Source: Malacoraja senta (taxonomy: Eukaryota). From it: 64,000 bases of DNA. Below the pieces are notes generated by a model that saw only the letters and a program-made list of their open reading frames with translations, had not been told where the DNA came from and did not search any database. Made by a program: the position numbers and the translations under genes. The DNA is taken from positions 8,372,001 to 8,436,000 of the forward strand of contig CM075995.1 in assembly GCA_038087875.1 (NCBI GenBank), written 5' to 3'. Positions 38,962 to 51,403 of the stretch are shown piece after piece. Each line of letters begins with the position of its first letter. Within the stretch, counting starts at the first letter, position 1.

Positions 38962-39995
38962 TTAGTATTTTGTTGCATATCCTGTGCATGCAATGACTGC
39001 TTGAAGTCTGCGATTCATGGACATCACCAGTTGCTGGGTGTCTTCTCTGGTGATGCTCTGCCAGGCCTGTATTGCAGCCATCTTTAGCTTATGCTTGTTT
39101 GGGGGGCTAGTCCCCTTCAGTTTTCTCTTCAGCATATAAAAGCCATGCTCAATTGGGTTCAGATCGGGTGATTGACTTGGCCACTCAAGAATTGAGCATT
39201 TTTTAGCTTTGAAAAACTCCTTTGTTGCTTTAGCAGTAAGTTTGGGATCATTGTCTTGCTGTAGAATGAACCGCCGGCCAATGAGTTTTGAGGCATTTGT
39301 TTGAACTTGAGCAGATAGGATGTGTCTATACACTTCAGAATTCATTATGTTACTACCATCAGCAGTTGTATCATCAATGAAGATAAGTGAGCCAGTACCT
39401 TCAGCAGCCATACATGCCCAGGCCATGACACCCCCACCACCGTGTTTCACAGATGAGGTGGTATGCTTTGGACCTTGTGCAGTTCCTTCTCTCCTCCATA
39501 CTTTGCTCTTGCCATCACTCTGATATAAGTTAATCTTCGTCTCATCTGTCCACAAGACCTTTTTCCAGAACAGTGGTTGCTCTTTCAACTACTTCTTGGC
39601 AAACTGTAACCTGGCCATCCTATTTTTGCGGCCAACCAGTGGTTTGCATCTTGCAGTGTAGCCGCTGTATTTCTGTTCATGAAGTCTTCTGCGGACATTG
39701 GTCATTGACAAATCCACACCTGACTCCTGAAGAGTGTTTTTGATCTGTCGGACAGGTGTTTGGGGATTTTTCTTTATTAGAGAGAATTCTTCTGTCATCA
39801 GCTGTGGAGGTCTTCCTTGGCCTGCCAGTCCCTTTGCGATTAGTAAGCTCACCAGTGCTCTCTTTCTCCTTAATGATGTTCCAAACAGTTGATTTTGGTT
39901 AGCCTAAGGTTTGACTGATGTCTCTAACAGTTTTATTCTTGTTTCTGTCTCATAATGGCTTCTTTGACTTTCATTGGCACAACTTTGGTCCTCAT
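38962..39995 (-). pseudogene. Disrupted Tc1 transposase (DD34E)
   Basis: WTDETK, QQDNDPK and SPDLNPIE motifs, 34 residues between the second D and the E; stop at 39589-39591 and frameshifts in the N-terminal part. Confidence 0.9.
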
Positions 39996-40256
39996 GTTGA
40001 TAAACAGCAATAAAAGTTTCCAAAGGTGATGGAAAGACTGGAGGAAAGACTAGGTGCTGAGAGCTCTCTTATACCTGCATTAAGGAGGCAATTAAACACA
40101 CCTGAGCAATTACAAACACCTGTGAAGCCATGTGTCCCAAACATTATGGTGCCCTGAAATGGGGGGGACTATGTATAAACACAGCTGTAATTTCTACATG
40201 GTGAAACCAAAATGCATAAAAATATCCTTGTAATAAAATCTGACAAAGTGCACTTT

Positions 40257-40920
40257 CTTCTTCTTTACGTGTCTTTGAAGCTGGTTGGCTATATGACAGT
40301 TTCCCATTCCTTTGCGTTTTTATTGAACACTGCAAGATCCTTTGAGCTGCACTGGTTGGGTAGTAGGGGCAGACAAGGCAGTGCTGCATTGTGTGGTCCT
40401 CTTCTCCACATTCCAGGTGGTTTGGCCAGTTTCATAGCCCCATCTGGCCATGGCATCTTTTGATCGCCCTGTTCCTGTTCTCAGGCGGTTGAGCGTCCTT
40501 CCACTGGACCCATGGTGCTTCTGAGCCCGGAGGGAGGGCTTCAGAAGGAGGGATACCCATGTCAGTAGGAGGGGGGGTCGTCCTCAAGCCTTTTTGTCCA
40601 TAGTTGGAGTCTGGTTTCTTCCTGTGATGCTATTAGGGGCTGGACATGGCTGAGAAAACTTCTCCTGGACTTCAGCCGTTGGGCCGGGGGTACACGTCCC
40701 GTAGAGGTGGCGGCGTTCATCACTGGTGGCCTTGGTCATCTCTACTCGGCTGGCGACTTCCCGTCTCACATCAGCAGGGGCAATGCCAGCGAGGGAGGTG
40801 CAGTTGTTTATTTGGTGGGCTTCAAGCAGCCAGTGATTGAGCGGCAGGTGTTATTCAACGCTGGGTCTAGTTTCTTGGCATGGGATGATCTCTCCCAAAC
40901 AGGACACGCATACTCCGCAG
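40257..40920 (-). mobile_element. 5'-truncated Vingi/Ingi-like non-LTR retrotransposon inside the Tc1 inverted repeat
   Basis: Encodes AEYACPVWERSSHAKKLD...GCLKPT...LAGIAPADVRR; GAAGAAG tail; 10-bp target-site duplication agtgcacttt at 40247-40256 and 40921-40930. Confidence 0.75.
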
Positions 40921-41329
40921 AGTGCACTTTAACCACATGTGATTTTTTTCTATTACAAATCTAAATTGTGGAGTACAGAGGCAAAATAATTAAATGATGG
41001 GTCTTTGTCCCAAACATTATGCAGGGCTCTGTAATATACCCATATATGTACATACACACATACACACACACACACACACCACACACACAAACGCACACAC
41101 ATATATATAAATAGGGGATCTTTTTTTCTCGTTTGTTATATTATTTACAGTGTACAATGTTTACATATTCTGTTGTGTTGCTGCCAAGTAATAATTTCAT
41201 TTTCCTTCGCTCCATAGATGCTGCTGCACCCGCTGAGTTTCTCCAGCATTTTTGTGTACCTAAGATTTCATTTGTTCTGTCTGGGTCATTTGACAATAAA
41301 ACACTCTTGATCTTGAAATCCATGGTTAA

Positions 41330-41640
41330 GGGCAGTCATGGCGGCGCAGCGGTAGAGTTGCTGCCTTACAGCGAATGCAGCGGCGGAGACCCGGGTTCCA
41401 CGCTGACTACCAATGCTGTCTGTACGGAGGTTTGTACGTTCTCCCGGAGGCCTCGTCTCCAAGATCTTCAGTTTCCTCCCACACTCTAAAGACGTGCAGG
41501 TTTGTAAGTTAATTGGCTTGGTGTAAATATAAAAATTGTCCCTCGTGGGTGTAGGATAGTGTTACTGTGCGGGGGATCGCTGGTCGGCGCGGACCCGGTG
41601 GGCCGAAGGGCCTGTTTCTGTGCTGTATCTCTAAACTAAA
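41330..41640 (+). mobile_element. Full-length HE1-type V-SINE (many partial copies across the window)
   Basis: tRNA-like head with A and B boxes, V-domain ...tttcctcccacac, CR1-like tail gggccgaagggcctgttt, (CTAAA)n end. Confidence 0.85.
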
Positions 41641-41664
41641 CGTGGTCACAGGAGGAGGTGCAGA

Positions 41665-41840
41665 ACACACGCACACACAAACACACACGCACCTCACGTA
41701 ACACAAGCACGTGAGCACACACACACGCACACACACACACGCACGCACTCACGTTTACACACACACACGCACGCACTCACGTTTACACACACACACACGC
41801 ACACACACACGTACACACAAGCACGTGAGCACACACACAC
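41665..41840. repeat. Compound (CA)n/(CG) microsatellite
   Basis: Visible imperfect CA repeats. Confidence 0.9.
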
Positions 41841-41893
41841 CACCCAAGGTGAGGATCTTTGTGTTGTCAGGTAGTTTATTAGGAATACGTCAC

Positions 41894-42058
41894 CTGTATA
41901 AACCTGGACTCGGCTCTGCATGCCCTCCAAGTAGGATCGATGCAGGACCCACTTGCCAGCCGCCATAGAAGCCAAATACTTCTCGTTGCGCAGTGGCTGC
42001 CCTACGATGATGTGCGTACACGAAGCATCGAAGCATTGTCTATCCAGCACCACGCCAC
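41894..42058 (-). CDS. TOPBP1: TOPBP1 exon (BRCT7), [54 protein letters not shown] (+1 near 41924)
   Basis: cag acceptor and gtgac donor; [23 protein letters not shown] is characteristic. Confidence 0.95.
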
Positions 42059-42806
42059 CTGAAACAAGCACACAACGGTCTTTAGCCTTGACAGATACAG
42101 CGTGCAAGCAGGCCTACGCCAGTCGGCCAGCCTTCACCACGTACACTAACACTATCCGACACACTGTGGGATAATTTTAGAGAAGTCAATTAACCTACAA
42201 GCCTGCGCGTCTTTGGAATGTGGGGAGGAAACCGGAGCACCCGGAGAAAACCCACTGGGTTCAACACCCAAGTTCGAACGGCGGGATTGAAACCAGGTGT
42301 CGTAAGGCAGCAACTCTACCGCTGGTGCCACCCCTTCTAGTATTTGATCACCTACCCTGGCCAAAGGACTCTGTGCATTCACATTATCTATTCCCCTCAT
42401 GAATTTGTACCCTGTAGCGCGACGATAAGCCCGAAACGAGAGGCGAGGAGCCGGTGGTTTCGAGAGGTATTTTATTCGCTGGTCGTTCTCTTGGACCAGA
42501 CGGGTCTGCAAGAGAGCGGTCGCTCCTAAAACCCACTTGCCCTTTATCCCTGTAGCTAAGGGCCGCCCCCGGACTAGTCATTCCCGTGCCGAGGGGTTCG
42601 ATAGAGGAATAGCCCGACCCCTTGGGAGTCGCCACAACGCCTCTATTAGATCACCCCAATCATCCTCCTGCGCTCCAAGGAATAGAAACGCAGCCTGCTC
42701 AACCTCTCCCTGTAGCTCAGGCCCCTCGAGTCCGGGCAACATCCTGGTAAATCTTCTCTGCACCTTTTCCATGTTGCACAAGTTGGAGGATAGACAGCGT
42801 ACGTAC

Positions 42807-42916
42807 CTAGCTGTTCGATGAGATGGCAGTAGTCGATCCGCTCCCTGGGGGTTGAGTGATGACAACTGGAATCTCCTCGGGATCGCCTCTGGCTCCTTGT
42901 TCTCCTCAACAGCACC
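42807..42916 (-). CDS. TOPBP1: TOPBP1 exon (start of BRCT7), [36 protein letters not shown](G) (+1 near 42844)
   Basis: cag acceptor and gtacgt donor; matches [22 protein letters not shown]. Confidence 0.93.
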
Positions 42917-43422
42917 CTGGAGGGGGTTTCATCAAAGACACTGTCAATTCTCTGGCCTCAGAGGGCGGTGGAGGCAGGTTCTCTGGATGCTTTCAAGAGA
43001 GAGCTAGATAGGGCTCTTAAACACAGTGGAGTCAGGGGATATGGGGAGAAGGGCAGGAACGGGGTACTGATTGGGGATGATCAGCCATGGTCACATTGAA
43101 TGGCGGTGCTGGCTCGAAGGGCCAAATGGCCTACTCCTGCACCTGTTGTCTATTGTCTAATTCCACTGTAGACACAAGGAACTGCAGATGCTGGATAACA
43201 CACAAAGTGCTGGAGCACAAGAGGTCCTGACCTCCATCCTACCTCAAACTACCTTCAATCCAGACTTTACCTCGCACTAAACGTTATTCCCTTTATCCTG
43301 TATCTGTACACTGTGGACGGCTCAATTGTAATCATGTATTGTCTTCCACTTGACAGGATAGCACGCAACAAAAAAGCTTTTCACTGTGTCACGGTATAAG
43401 TGACGATAAACTAAATCAAACT

Positions 43423-43718
43423 ACTCAGCGGGTCAGGCAGCATCTGTGGAGAACATGGAATAGGTGACGTTTCAGAGATTGGAGTAACTCAGCGGGTCAG
43501 GCAGCATCTGTGGAGAACATGGATAGGTGACGTTTCACAGAGTGCTGGAGTAACTCAGCAGGTCAGGCAGCATCTGTGGAGAGACATGGATAGGTGGACG
43601 TTTCACAGAATGCTGGAGTAACTCAGCGGGTCAGGCAGCATCTGTGGAGAACATGGATAGGTGACGTTTTCACAGAGTGCCTCGGAGTAACTCAGCGGGT
43701 CAGGCAGCATCTCTGGAG
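43423..43718 (-). repeat. Tandem array of about 4.5 copies of the 66-bp unit
   Basis: Same unit with small indels. Confidence 0.9.
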
Positions 43719-45224
43719 AAAAGAGGTAATCTTTCAGGGAGAAAAGATGGAATAGAGAAAAGGTGAAAGGCGGAGAAAAGGTGTAATATATATATATGTA
43801 ATTTTCCGTTTCAGGTCGAGACCCTTCTTCAGACTCAGAGTCAGGGGAGAGGGAAACGAGAGGTATGCAAAGATACAAAGAGCAAATGAAACGTATGAAA
43901 AGAACAAATCAAGGGCAGCCAGGATGATCAAGGAAAGGTGGAGCCCACAATGGTCTATTGTTGGCTGTGGTATGCTTACTTCATTGGAGACCCGTGGACA
44001 ATTTTTAATCGGACGTTATTTTGCACTAAACGTTATACCCTGTATCCATACACTGTGGACGCCTTGATCGTAATTACGTATATAGTCTTTTTGCTGACTG
44101 GGACAGCATGTGACAGAAAGCTTTTCACTGTACCTCAGTACACGTGACAATAAACTGAACTAAACTCAGTGTGATCGTCTCGTTGGTTAAGATTTTAAAA
44201 TATCAGGAATCTATTCAGATCTATCTTCTTCCGCTCAGGCGATTTGTATGAACATCATGGTTAATCTTCCTGTGTTTAGACTTTTAGAGATACGGTGCAG
44301 AAAAAGGTACCAAATCCGTGCCGACCAGCGATCACTCCTCTATCCGAGCTACTTCTGCCAGCACCATCATCTATTGCGACAAGTGACGGCTCCCACTGAT
44401 TGTCGCCAGGAAGCTTGGTGTCCTTTTCAGGATGGACGATGACAGCGATGTCCAACATTTGAAACATGGAAGATGGACATGAAAGAAGAAGACTTCTCTA
44501 TGTCCACCCCAGTGACATTCTCCCAAACACACCAGGGACGATTTACAATTTTTACCAAATCTAATTACCCTACAAATCTGCATCTTTTATGCACACGTAT
44601 TCCGATAAGGCTGTATTTCATTTAACATCTAGTTAGTTTAAGTTTGGAGATACAGCGCGGATACAGGCCCTTTGGCCCATCAAGTCTGTGCCGACCCGCG
44701 ATCACCCTGTACACTATCACTATCCTACACACACTGGGGACAATTTACAATTTTCACCAAAGCCAACAACGTACAAACCTGTACGTCTTTGGGAGGAAAA
44801 CCGGAGCATCCGGAGAAAACCCACGCGGGTCACAGGGAGAACGAACAAACTCTGTACAGACAGCACCCGTCTAGTCAGGATTGAACCTGGGTCTCTGGCG
44901 CTGTGAGGCAGCAACTCTACCGCTATAAACTAAACTGAACTCTATTGCTATTATTGTCGAGTGTTTTCACAGGTTGTAGGGAGCAGGATTTGGCCATTCG
45001 GCCCATCAAGTCTACTCCCCCAGTCAATCCTGGGCCGATCTTTATTCCTTGACCCTATTCTCTTGCCCTCCTCTGCCATAACCCCTCCTCTCCCCATTTA
45101 AGGCCAAGGTGGAAGAGCCGTGTGGTGGTGAGTGTTTGTGCGGGACTAGTTACGACGGACTGGGGTGAAGTGGTGAACGTTGAGGAATTGAGCGGCGGTG
45201 AGCCAGGGTTTGAAGGCTGCTCAC

Positions 45225-45389
45225 CTGTTCCTTGGGCTGTGGTGCCACGGGCGGCCTGGCCAGGGGGGAAGGCGATGCTGGGTGCTTGCGGCGTGGGGCT
45301 GAGATGGTCGTCTTTCGCCGCAACGTCTCCGTTCCAGCCGCCACCTGCTGTGGGATTTCTGCAACGTAAGCACGGGGCACGATCAGAGA
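45225..45389 (-). CDS. TOPBP1: TOPBP1 exon, (V)SDRAP...[30 protein letters not shown] (+1 in a C run near 45265)
   Basis: aag acceptor and gtgagc donor; matches [27 protein letters not shown]. Confidence 0.88.
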
Positions 45390-46595
45390 CTTTGTGAACA
45401 CAGCAAAGAAATATTACACGAGGAAACTGCAGGTGCTGGTACAGTGAGCAAAAAAACAGATGCATCACAGCATGGCTTGGGAACAGCTCCATCCAATTAG
45501 GAGCAGGATTCAGTTCAAAGAGCAGAATTTGAACCCTCGGTTCCCGAGACTTTCTGGATTATCCGTGTTGCTGGACCAACAGAGGTCACGGCCTCCGAAA
45601 GGAGTCCTACGGTACCGGAACGTTCCGCCTAGACCTCTGGGAGGAGGAGGGGGGGGGGGGGGGGGGCGAGAAAACCGGCCTGCAAATGTCGGCCTTGGAA
45701 ATCAGGCCAATGAGGGAACGGATCTGCCAGCTCCGGCCGGGCCAGAGTTCCAGAGCCCGGCCACAGGGGGCAGATTCCACCCACCGATCGGCCGCAGAAG
45801 TCCTGATGAGGTCGGGCTCGGCCGGTCCCCTCAACCGGCCTAGACGGCACATTTTTGGGGGTGGGAGGACTTTTCGGGGACTCGGAAGTCAGCTATAACC
45901 ATCAGTCTATTGAGGACTACAACCTCACAAATAGTCTCTGAAACGTATATAGACTTGGGGGGCATTATTTTTTTTAAAAACTTTTATACTACTATCGTCT
46001 ATTTATTTGCCTGTTTGAGGAACAATTAGAAACACAGAAAATAGGTGTAGGAGGCCATTCGGCCCCCTTCGAGCCAGCACCGCCATTCATTGTGATCATG
46101 GCTGATCGTCCCCAATCATTAACCCGTGCCTGCCTTCTCCCCATATCCCTTGACTCCACTGGCCCCCTAGAGCTCTATCTAACTCTCTCTTAAATCCATC
46201 CAGTGATTTGGCCTCCACTGCCCTCTGTGGCAGGGAATTCCACAAATTCACAACTCTCTGGGTGAAAAAGTTTTTTCTCACCTCAGTCTTAAATGGCCTC
46301 CCCTTTATTCTAAGACTGTGGCCCCTGGTTTCTGGAATCGCCCCACATTGGAAAAATGTTCCTGCATCTAGCTTATCCAGTCCTTTTATAATTTTATATG
46401 TTTCTATAAGATTCCCTCTCATCCTTCTAAATTCCAGTGAATACAAGCCTAGTCTTTTCAATCTTCTCGTATTTGAAGTGCCACATTTTCAGGGGGAGAT
46501 TCCAAGTGTGCTCTCGTAATTCTGTCCGGGTTAAAGGAGGTGCCAGACCACCAGTTGCTGGAAAGTCGTGAAGGCGTGTAAGAGAGAGGAAGTAC

Positions 46596-46803
46596 CTATT
46601 GCGGCCATTTCTGAATCGGTGAAGGACTCTGGGTGCTTGGTGTTGTGCCCTCCAGCTGCTCCGAGTACTGGGGATGGGCTGCCGGGCCACTGCAGGTTGT
46701 TGGCCAGCTTGGCCCGCTCTTCCCGGGCCGTCGGGTCATCCCAGATGATCTGCTCGCTTTGTGACGGCTCTGTGTGATGTCCGTGACAAGTGGGCGCGAG
46801 CAC
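46596..46803 (-). CDS. TOPBP1: TOPBP1 exon with the ATR-activation core [30 protein letters not shown] (net -1 nt, several apparent indels)
   Basis: tag acceptor and gtactt donor; [12 protein letters not shown] motif; 208 nt where 209 are needed. Confidence 0.93.
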
Positions 46804-46840
46804 CTAAACATCAGAACATTGGAAATAGGAAGGTAGCAAA

Positions 46841-47213
46841 CAAAGATCCTATAGCGGAGCAAGATAGACCACTCCTGCTAAATGCAATGGGCTGACGTGT
46901 AGTACGCAACGGAGCGGAACCGTGGGCCCTTTTTTTCATCCATTTCAACCCGACCCGCAGTGTAATCAACGTTGCGGGGGAACAGTTTGTGTTAATAAAT
47001 TAAAATTCTGAAAATGAGGAGAAGATTTTTACCAAATAACTTTTATTTTTATGAGGATGTTTCCGTAACCGGCTTATGTCTCCGCTACGGGATCTTTGGA
47101 GCGGAGACGAAGCCGGTTACGGAAATGGGGCCGGAAATTACCCATGAATCTGCCCGTGACCGTACTACGTCTTTTTCGTTGAGTGATCTATCCTGCTCGC
47201 TGTAGGATCTTTG
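46841..47213. mobile_element. hAT-type MITE, same family as 16117-16508, opposite orientation
   Basis: Terminal inverted repeat caaagatccta; 8-bp target-site duplication gtagcaaa at 46833-46840 and 47214-47221; lies 37 bp from a TOPBP1 acceptor. Confidence 0.88.
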
Positions 47214-47984
47214 GTAGCAAATAGGTGCAGGAGTACAGAGGCTGTTGGGCCCGTTTCCACACTGCATTAATCTAGGACTCTATGAGTAAAATACAGTTTT
47301 ATTCTATGAGACAAATAAAGTTGACTTGACTTGACTTGAGTAGTGTGGGTCTCATGTAGCTGGGACATGTTGGCCTGTGTGGGCAAGTTGGGCCGAAGAG
47401 CCTGTTTCCACACTGTATCACCCTAGGGAGTAGGCCATTCGGCCCTTAAAGCCAGCACCATTATTCAATATGATCATGGCTGATCATCCAAAATCAGTAC
47501 CCCGTTCCTGATTTCTCCCCATATCCCTTTAGCCCGAAGAGCTCCAACTAACTCTCTCTTGAAAACATCCAGTAAATCGGTCTCCACTGCCTTCTGTGGC
47601 AGAGAAATTCCACAGATCCACAACTCTCTGTGTGAAACGTTTTTCCTCATCTCGGTCCTCATTCCGTTAGCCCCAAGAGCTAAATCGAGCTCTCTTGGGG
47701 TGACACTGTATACTGACTCAGTGTGCGACTTGTACTATATCTGAGATGCTTATCTAAGTGCTTACGTACAGTGATACTTGTATGAACTGTATACAAAAAT
47801 GAATTTCAGTTTACCTCGGTCCATGTGACAAATAATATACCGTAATAAAGTACCATATATGCAAACACAAATGGGGATTTGGTTCGGACGCGTTTGGAGT
47901 TTTGATTTCCTTCCGCACACGTTCCGTACAGGTTTTGAGGTTAATTGGCTTCGGTAAAAATAGTAAATTGTCCCGAGTGACAAT

Positions 47985-48722
47985 AAACAATAGGTGCAGG
48001 AGTAGGCCATTTGGCCCTTCGAGCCATTCAATGTGATCATGGCTGATCATCCCCAATCAGTACCCCGCTCCTGCCTTCTCCCCATATCCCCTGACTTCGC
48101 TATCTTTAAGAGCACTATCTAGCTCTCTCTTGAAAGCATCCAGAGAACCGGCCTCCACCGCACTCTGAGGCAGAGAATTCCACAGACTCACCACTCTGTG
48201 AGAAAAAGTGTTTCCTCGTCTCCGTTCTAAATGGCTTACTCCTTGTTCTTCAACCGTGGCCCCTGGGTCTGGACTCCCCCAACATCGGGAACATGTTTCC
48301 TGCCTCTAGCGTGTCCAAACCCTTAACAATCTTATATGTTTCAATGAGATCCCCTCTCATCCTTCTAAACTCCAGAGTGTACAAGCCCAGCTGCTCCATT
48401 CTCTCAGCATATGACAGCCCCGCCATCCCGGGAATTAACCTTGTAAACCTACGCTGCACTCCCTCAATAGCAAGAATGTCCTTCCTCAAATTAGGGGACC
48501 AAAAGTGCACACAATACTCCAGGTGTGGTCTCACTAGGGCTCTGTACTACTGCAGAAGGAGCTCTTTGCTCCTATATTCGATTCCTCTTGTTATAAAGGC
48601 CAACATGCCATTCGCTTTCTTCACTGCCTGCTGTACCTGCATGCTTACTTTCATAGACTGATGTACAAGGACCCCCAGATCCCGTTGTACTTCCCCTTTT
48701 CCCGACTTGACACCATTTAGAT
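47985..48722 (-). mobile_element. CR1/HER1 LINE 3' fragment
   Basis: ORFs 48250-48534 and 48547-48768; CR1 3' end. Confidence 0.88.
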
Positions 48723-49950
48723 AGAGTGTGTAGGATAGTGCTGGTGTACTGGGGATCGCTGGTTGCAATGAGAAAGTGTCTCACGGAACCCCGTTGGAGA
48801 GAGGTGGACTTCTTCACAGCAGGCATACTTTGATTTATCAAGCATCTGAACAGTCCATAAAACCATAAGCTAAGGTATTTCCCATTCATCTCTGCCCCAT
48901 TGCATTTGTATCTCTATAGAGTGATACAGTGTGGAAACAGGCCCTTCGGCCCAACTGGCCCACACTGGCCACACTAGCTCTACCTGCCCATGTATGGTCC
49001 ATATGCCTCCAAACCTGTCCATTCATGTACCTGCCTATTTCTCAAACGTTAGGACAGTCCCCTGCCTCAACTATGTCCTCTGGCAGCTTGTTCCATACAC
49101 CCACCATCCTGTGTGTGACTAAAGTTTTATCCTTGGTCAAATAAGAACGGAAAGCCTTCTCTAACTTGTTGCAAGGCCGTAATGAATAGGAGTAGAATTA
49201 GACCATTCGGCCCATCAAGTCTACTCTGCCATTCAATCATGGCTGATCTATCTCCCTCCTAACCCCATCCTCCTGCCTTCTCCCCATAACCCCTGACACC
49301 CGCACTAATCAACAATCTATCTATCTCTGCCTCAAAAATATCCATTGACTTGGCCTCCACAGCCTTCTTCTGTGGCAAAGAATTCCACAGATTCACCACC
49401 CTCTGGCTAAAGAAATTCCTCCTCATCTGCTTCCTAATGGCCATTTAAGACTGAGATGAGAAAAAACTTTTTCACCCAGAGAGTTGTGAATTTGTGGAGT
49501 TCCCTGCCACAGAGGGCAGTGGAGGCCAAGTCACTGGGTGGATTTAAGAGAAATTAGATAGAGCTCTCGGGGCTAGTGGAGTCAAGGGATATGAGGGTCG
49601 AGATGGCCTGTTTCCGTGCTGTAATTGTTATATGGTTATATTTATGGTCTGACCGCAGGTATATGGGACTAGGGGAGAATACGTGTTCGGCACGGACTAG
49701 AAGGGTCGAGATGACCTGTTTCCGTGCTGTAATTGTTATATGGTTATATGGTTATATGGGGAGAAGGCAGGCACGGGTTATTGATTGGGGACGATCAGCC
49801 ATGATCACAATGAATGGCGGTGCTGGCTCGAAGGGCCTCCTGCACCTATTTTCTATGTTTCTAAAGGAAGGTCATTTAATTCTAAGGCTGTGACCTCTAG
49901 TCCTTGCAGCAAAGAGTGGTGATTTGAAAGGCAGGAGAGATAAGAGAGAC

Positions 49951-50134
49951 CTGAGGGATTGCAGTGCTCTGCTGCGGCCTGTACGTGTGGCACAGTCTGC
50001 GGACACGGAGTGGTCCAGTATTCCCCTCGATGCCGCTCCACGGTGCCCGCCCGACTTCTCCACCCGTGTGGCCGACATTATTTCCTGCAGCTGGCGCTGA
50101 AAATTCTCCCTCATTTCGGAGGTTTCTGTCAAGT
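49951..50134 (-). CDS. TOPBP1: TOPBP1 exon (ATR-activation domain region), LTETSEMRENFQRQLQEIMSATRVEKSGG...GRSRALQSL(R)
   Basis: tag acceptor and gt donor; matches EMRENFQKQLQEIMSAT and GRSRVLEALR. Confidence 0.93.
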
Positions 50135-50484
50135 CTATTAAAAGGAGGAAAAAGGTGGTTAATAGTCTGACGGGTTATCGCGATAAGTTAGCGCTAGGAA
50201 TTAAACTATTACGGGGCGGCACAGCGGTAGAGTTGCTGCCTCACAGGGCCGGAGACCCGGGTTCCACCCCGATAACGGCTGCTGTCTGTACAGAGTTTGT
50301 ACGTTCTCCCCCTGACCTGCGTGGGTTTTCTCCGGGTGCTCCGGTTTCCTCCCACACTCCAAAGACGGGCAGGTTTGTAGGTTAATTGACTTGGTAAAAA
50401 ATTGTAGGCCCTTCGGCCCACCGAATCCGCGCCGACCAGCGATCACCCCGTACAGTCGCACTAACACACACACACACAGTGTAA

Positions 50485-50807
50485 TAGCCCTGTCCCACGG
50501 TACGAGTTCATTCCAAGAACTCTCCCGAGTTTGCCCTGATTCAAGATTTACGGTAATGGCCGCTCGTCGGTACTCGGGGCCCTCGTGGACATTTTTCAAC
50601 ATGTTGAATAATCTTCACGAGTCTTCCCGAGCTTACTTGCCGTTAGCGAGTCTTCCCGAGTACCTGCCGTTACCGTTACGAGCCGCTAAGAGACGTCCCC
50701 GAGCTCCGACGTACCCGCTACGTTCATTCTCCGTGCTTACCACAAGTTTGATTTTTTTTTAAACTAGGGTGAGCTCTTGGAATGAACTCGTACCGTGGGA
50801 CAGGGGT
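50485..50807. mobile_element. Harbinger-like MITE (CTGTCCCAC family); related copies at about 13455-13720, 25367-25680, 37536-37826, 58845-59046 and 9998-10539
   Basis: gccctgtcccacggtacgagttcattccaag ... cttggaatgaactcgtaccgtgggacaggg inverted ends. Confidence 0.65.
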
Positions 50808-51367
50808 TTTAGTGTGCGCAGACTTGGTGGGCCGAAGGGCCTGCTTCAGCGCCAAAATCTTTAAACTAAACAATCAGAGTAATTAACAGCCATTTTGGAG
50901 GCATCCGAGCCATCTGTTGCCCTTGTTCTTCAAGCTAACAGTGGTCATGTACAGGGGAGGTGCCGCTTTAAAAGGTTCTGAACTTTGTGGTGTCACAGTG
51001 GCAGAGTTGCTGCCTTACAGCACCAGAAACCTGGCTTCCGTCCTGTTTACGGGTCAAAGAGAGTCCTAGATAGAACAATACTCACAAGATCAACACAAAA
51101 AGCTGGAGTAACTCAGCGGGACAGGCAGCAGTTCTGGAGAGAAGGAATGGGTGACGTTTTGGGTCGAGGCACTTCAGTCTGAAGAAGGGCCTCGACCTGA
51201 AACGTCACCCATTCCTTCTCTCCAGAAATGCTGCCAGTCCCGTTGAGTTACTCCAGCATTTTGTGTCAATCTTCAGTGTAGACCAACATCTGCAGTTCCT
51301 TCCTACACAATATACACACACACACGAAAACAAACAATAATGCAAAAAGGTAAAAACCAATGCCTCT

Positions 51368-51403
51368 GAGTCTGAAGAAGGGTCTCGACCCGAAACGTCG
51401 CCT
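51368..51403 (+). ncRNA. Minimal type-I hammerhead-like motif of a PLE terminal repeat (representative copy)
   Basis: CTGAAGA, A, GGGTC-TC-GACCC (stem II), GAAACGTC; stem I is only about 2 bp, so activity is unproven. Confidence 0.6.

Larger units (their letters stand above)
38706..41031 (-). mobile_element. Tc1-family DNA transposon of IR/DR type; right inverted repeat interrupted by a retroposon
   Basis: TA|CAGTG...CTG|TA ends; inverted repeats of about 220 bp, each with two ccataatgtttgggac direct repeats; DD34E transposase inside. Confidence 0.93.

Noticed and set aside
41330..41405. tRNA genes
   Set aside because: The tRNA-like sequences are heads of HE1-type SINEs and continue into SINE bodies.
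44340..44495. Possible exon or retroposon end (GAAGAAG)
   Set aside because: No frame gives a recognisable peptide, and the TOPBP1 exon phases are complete without it.
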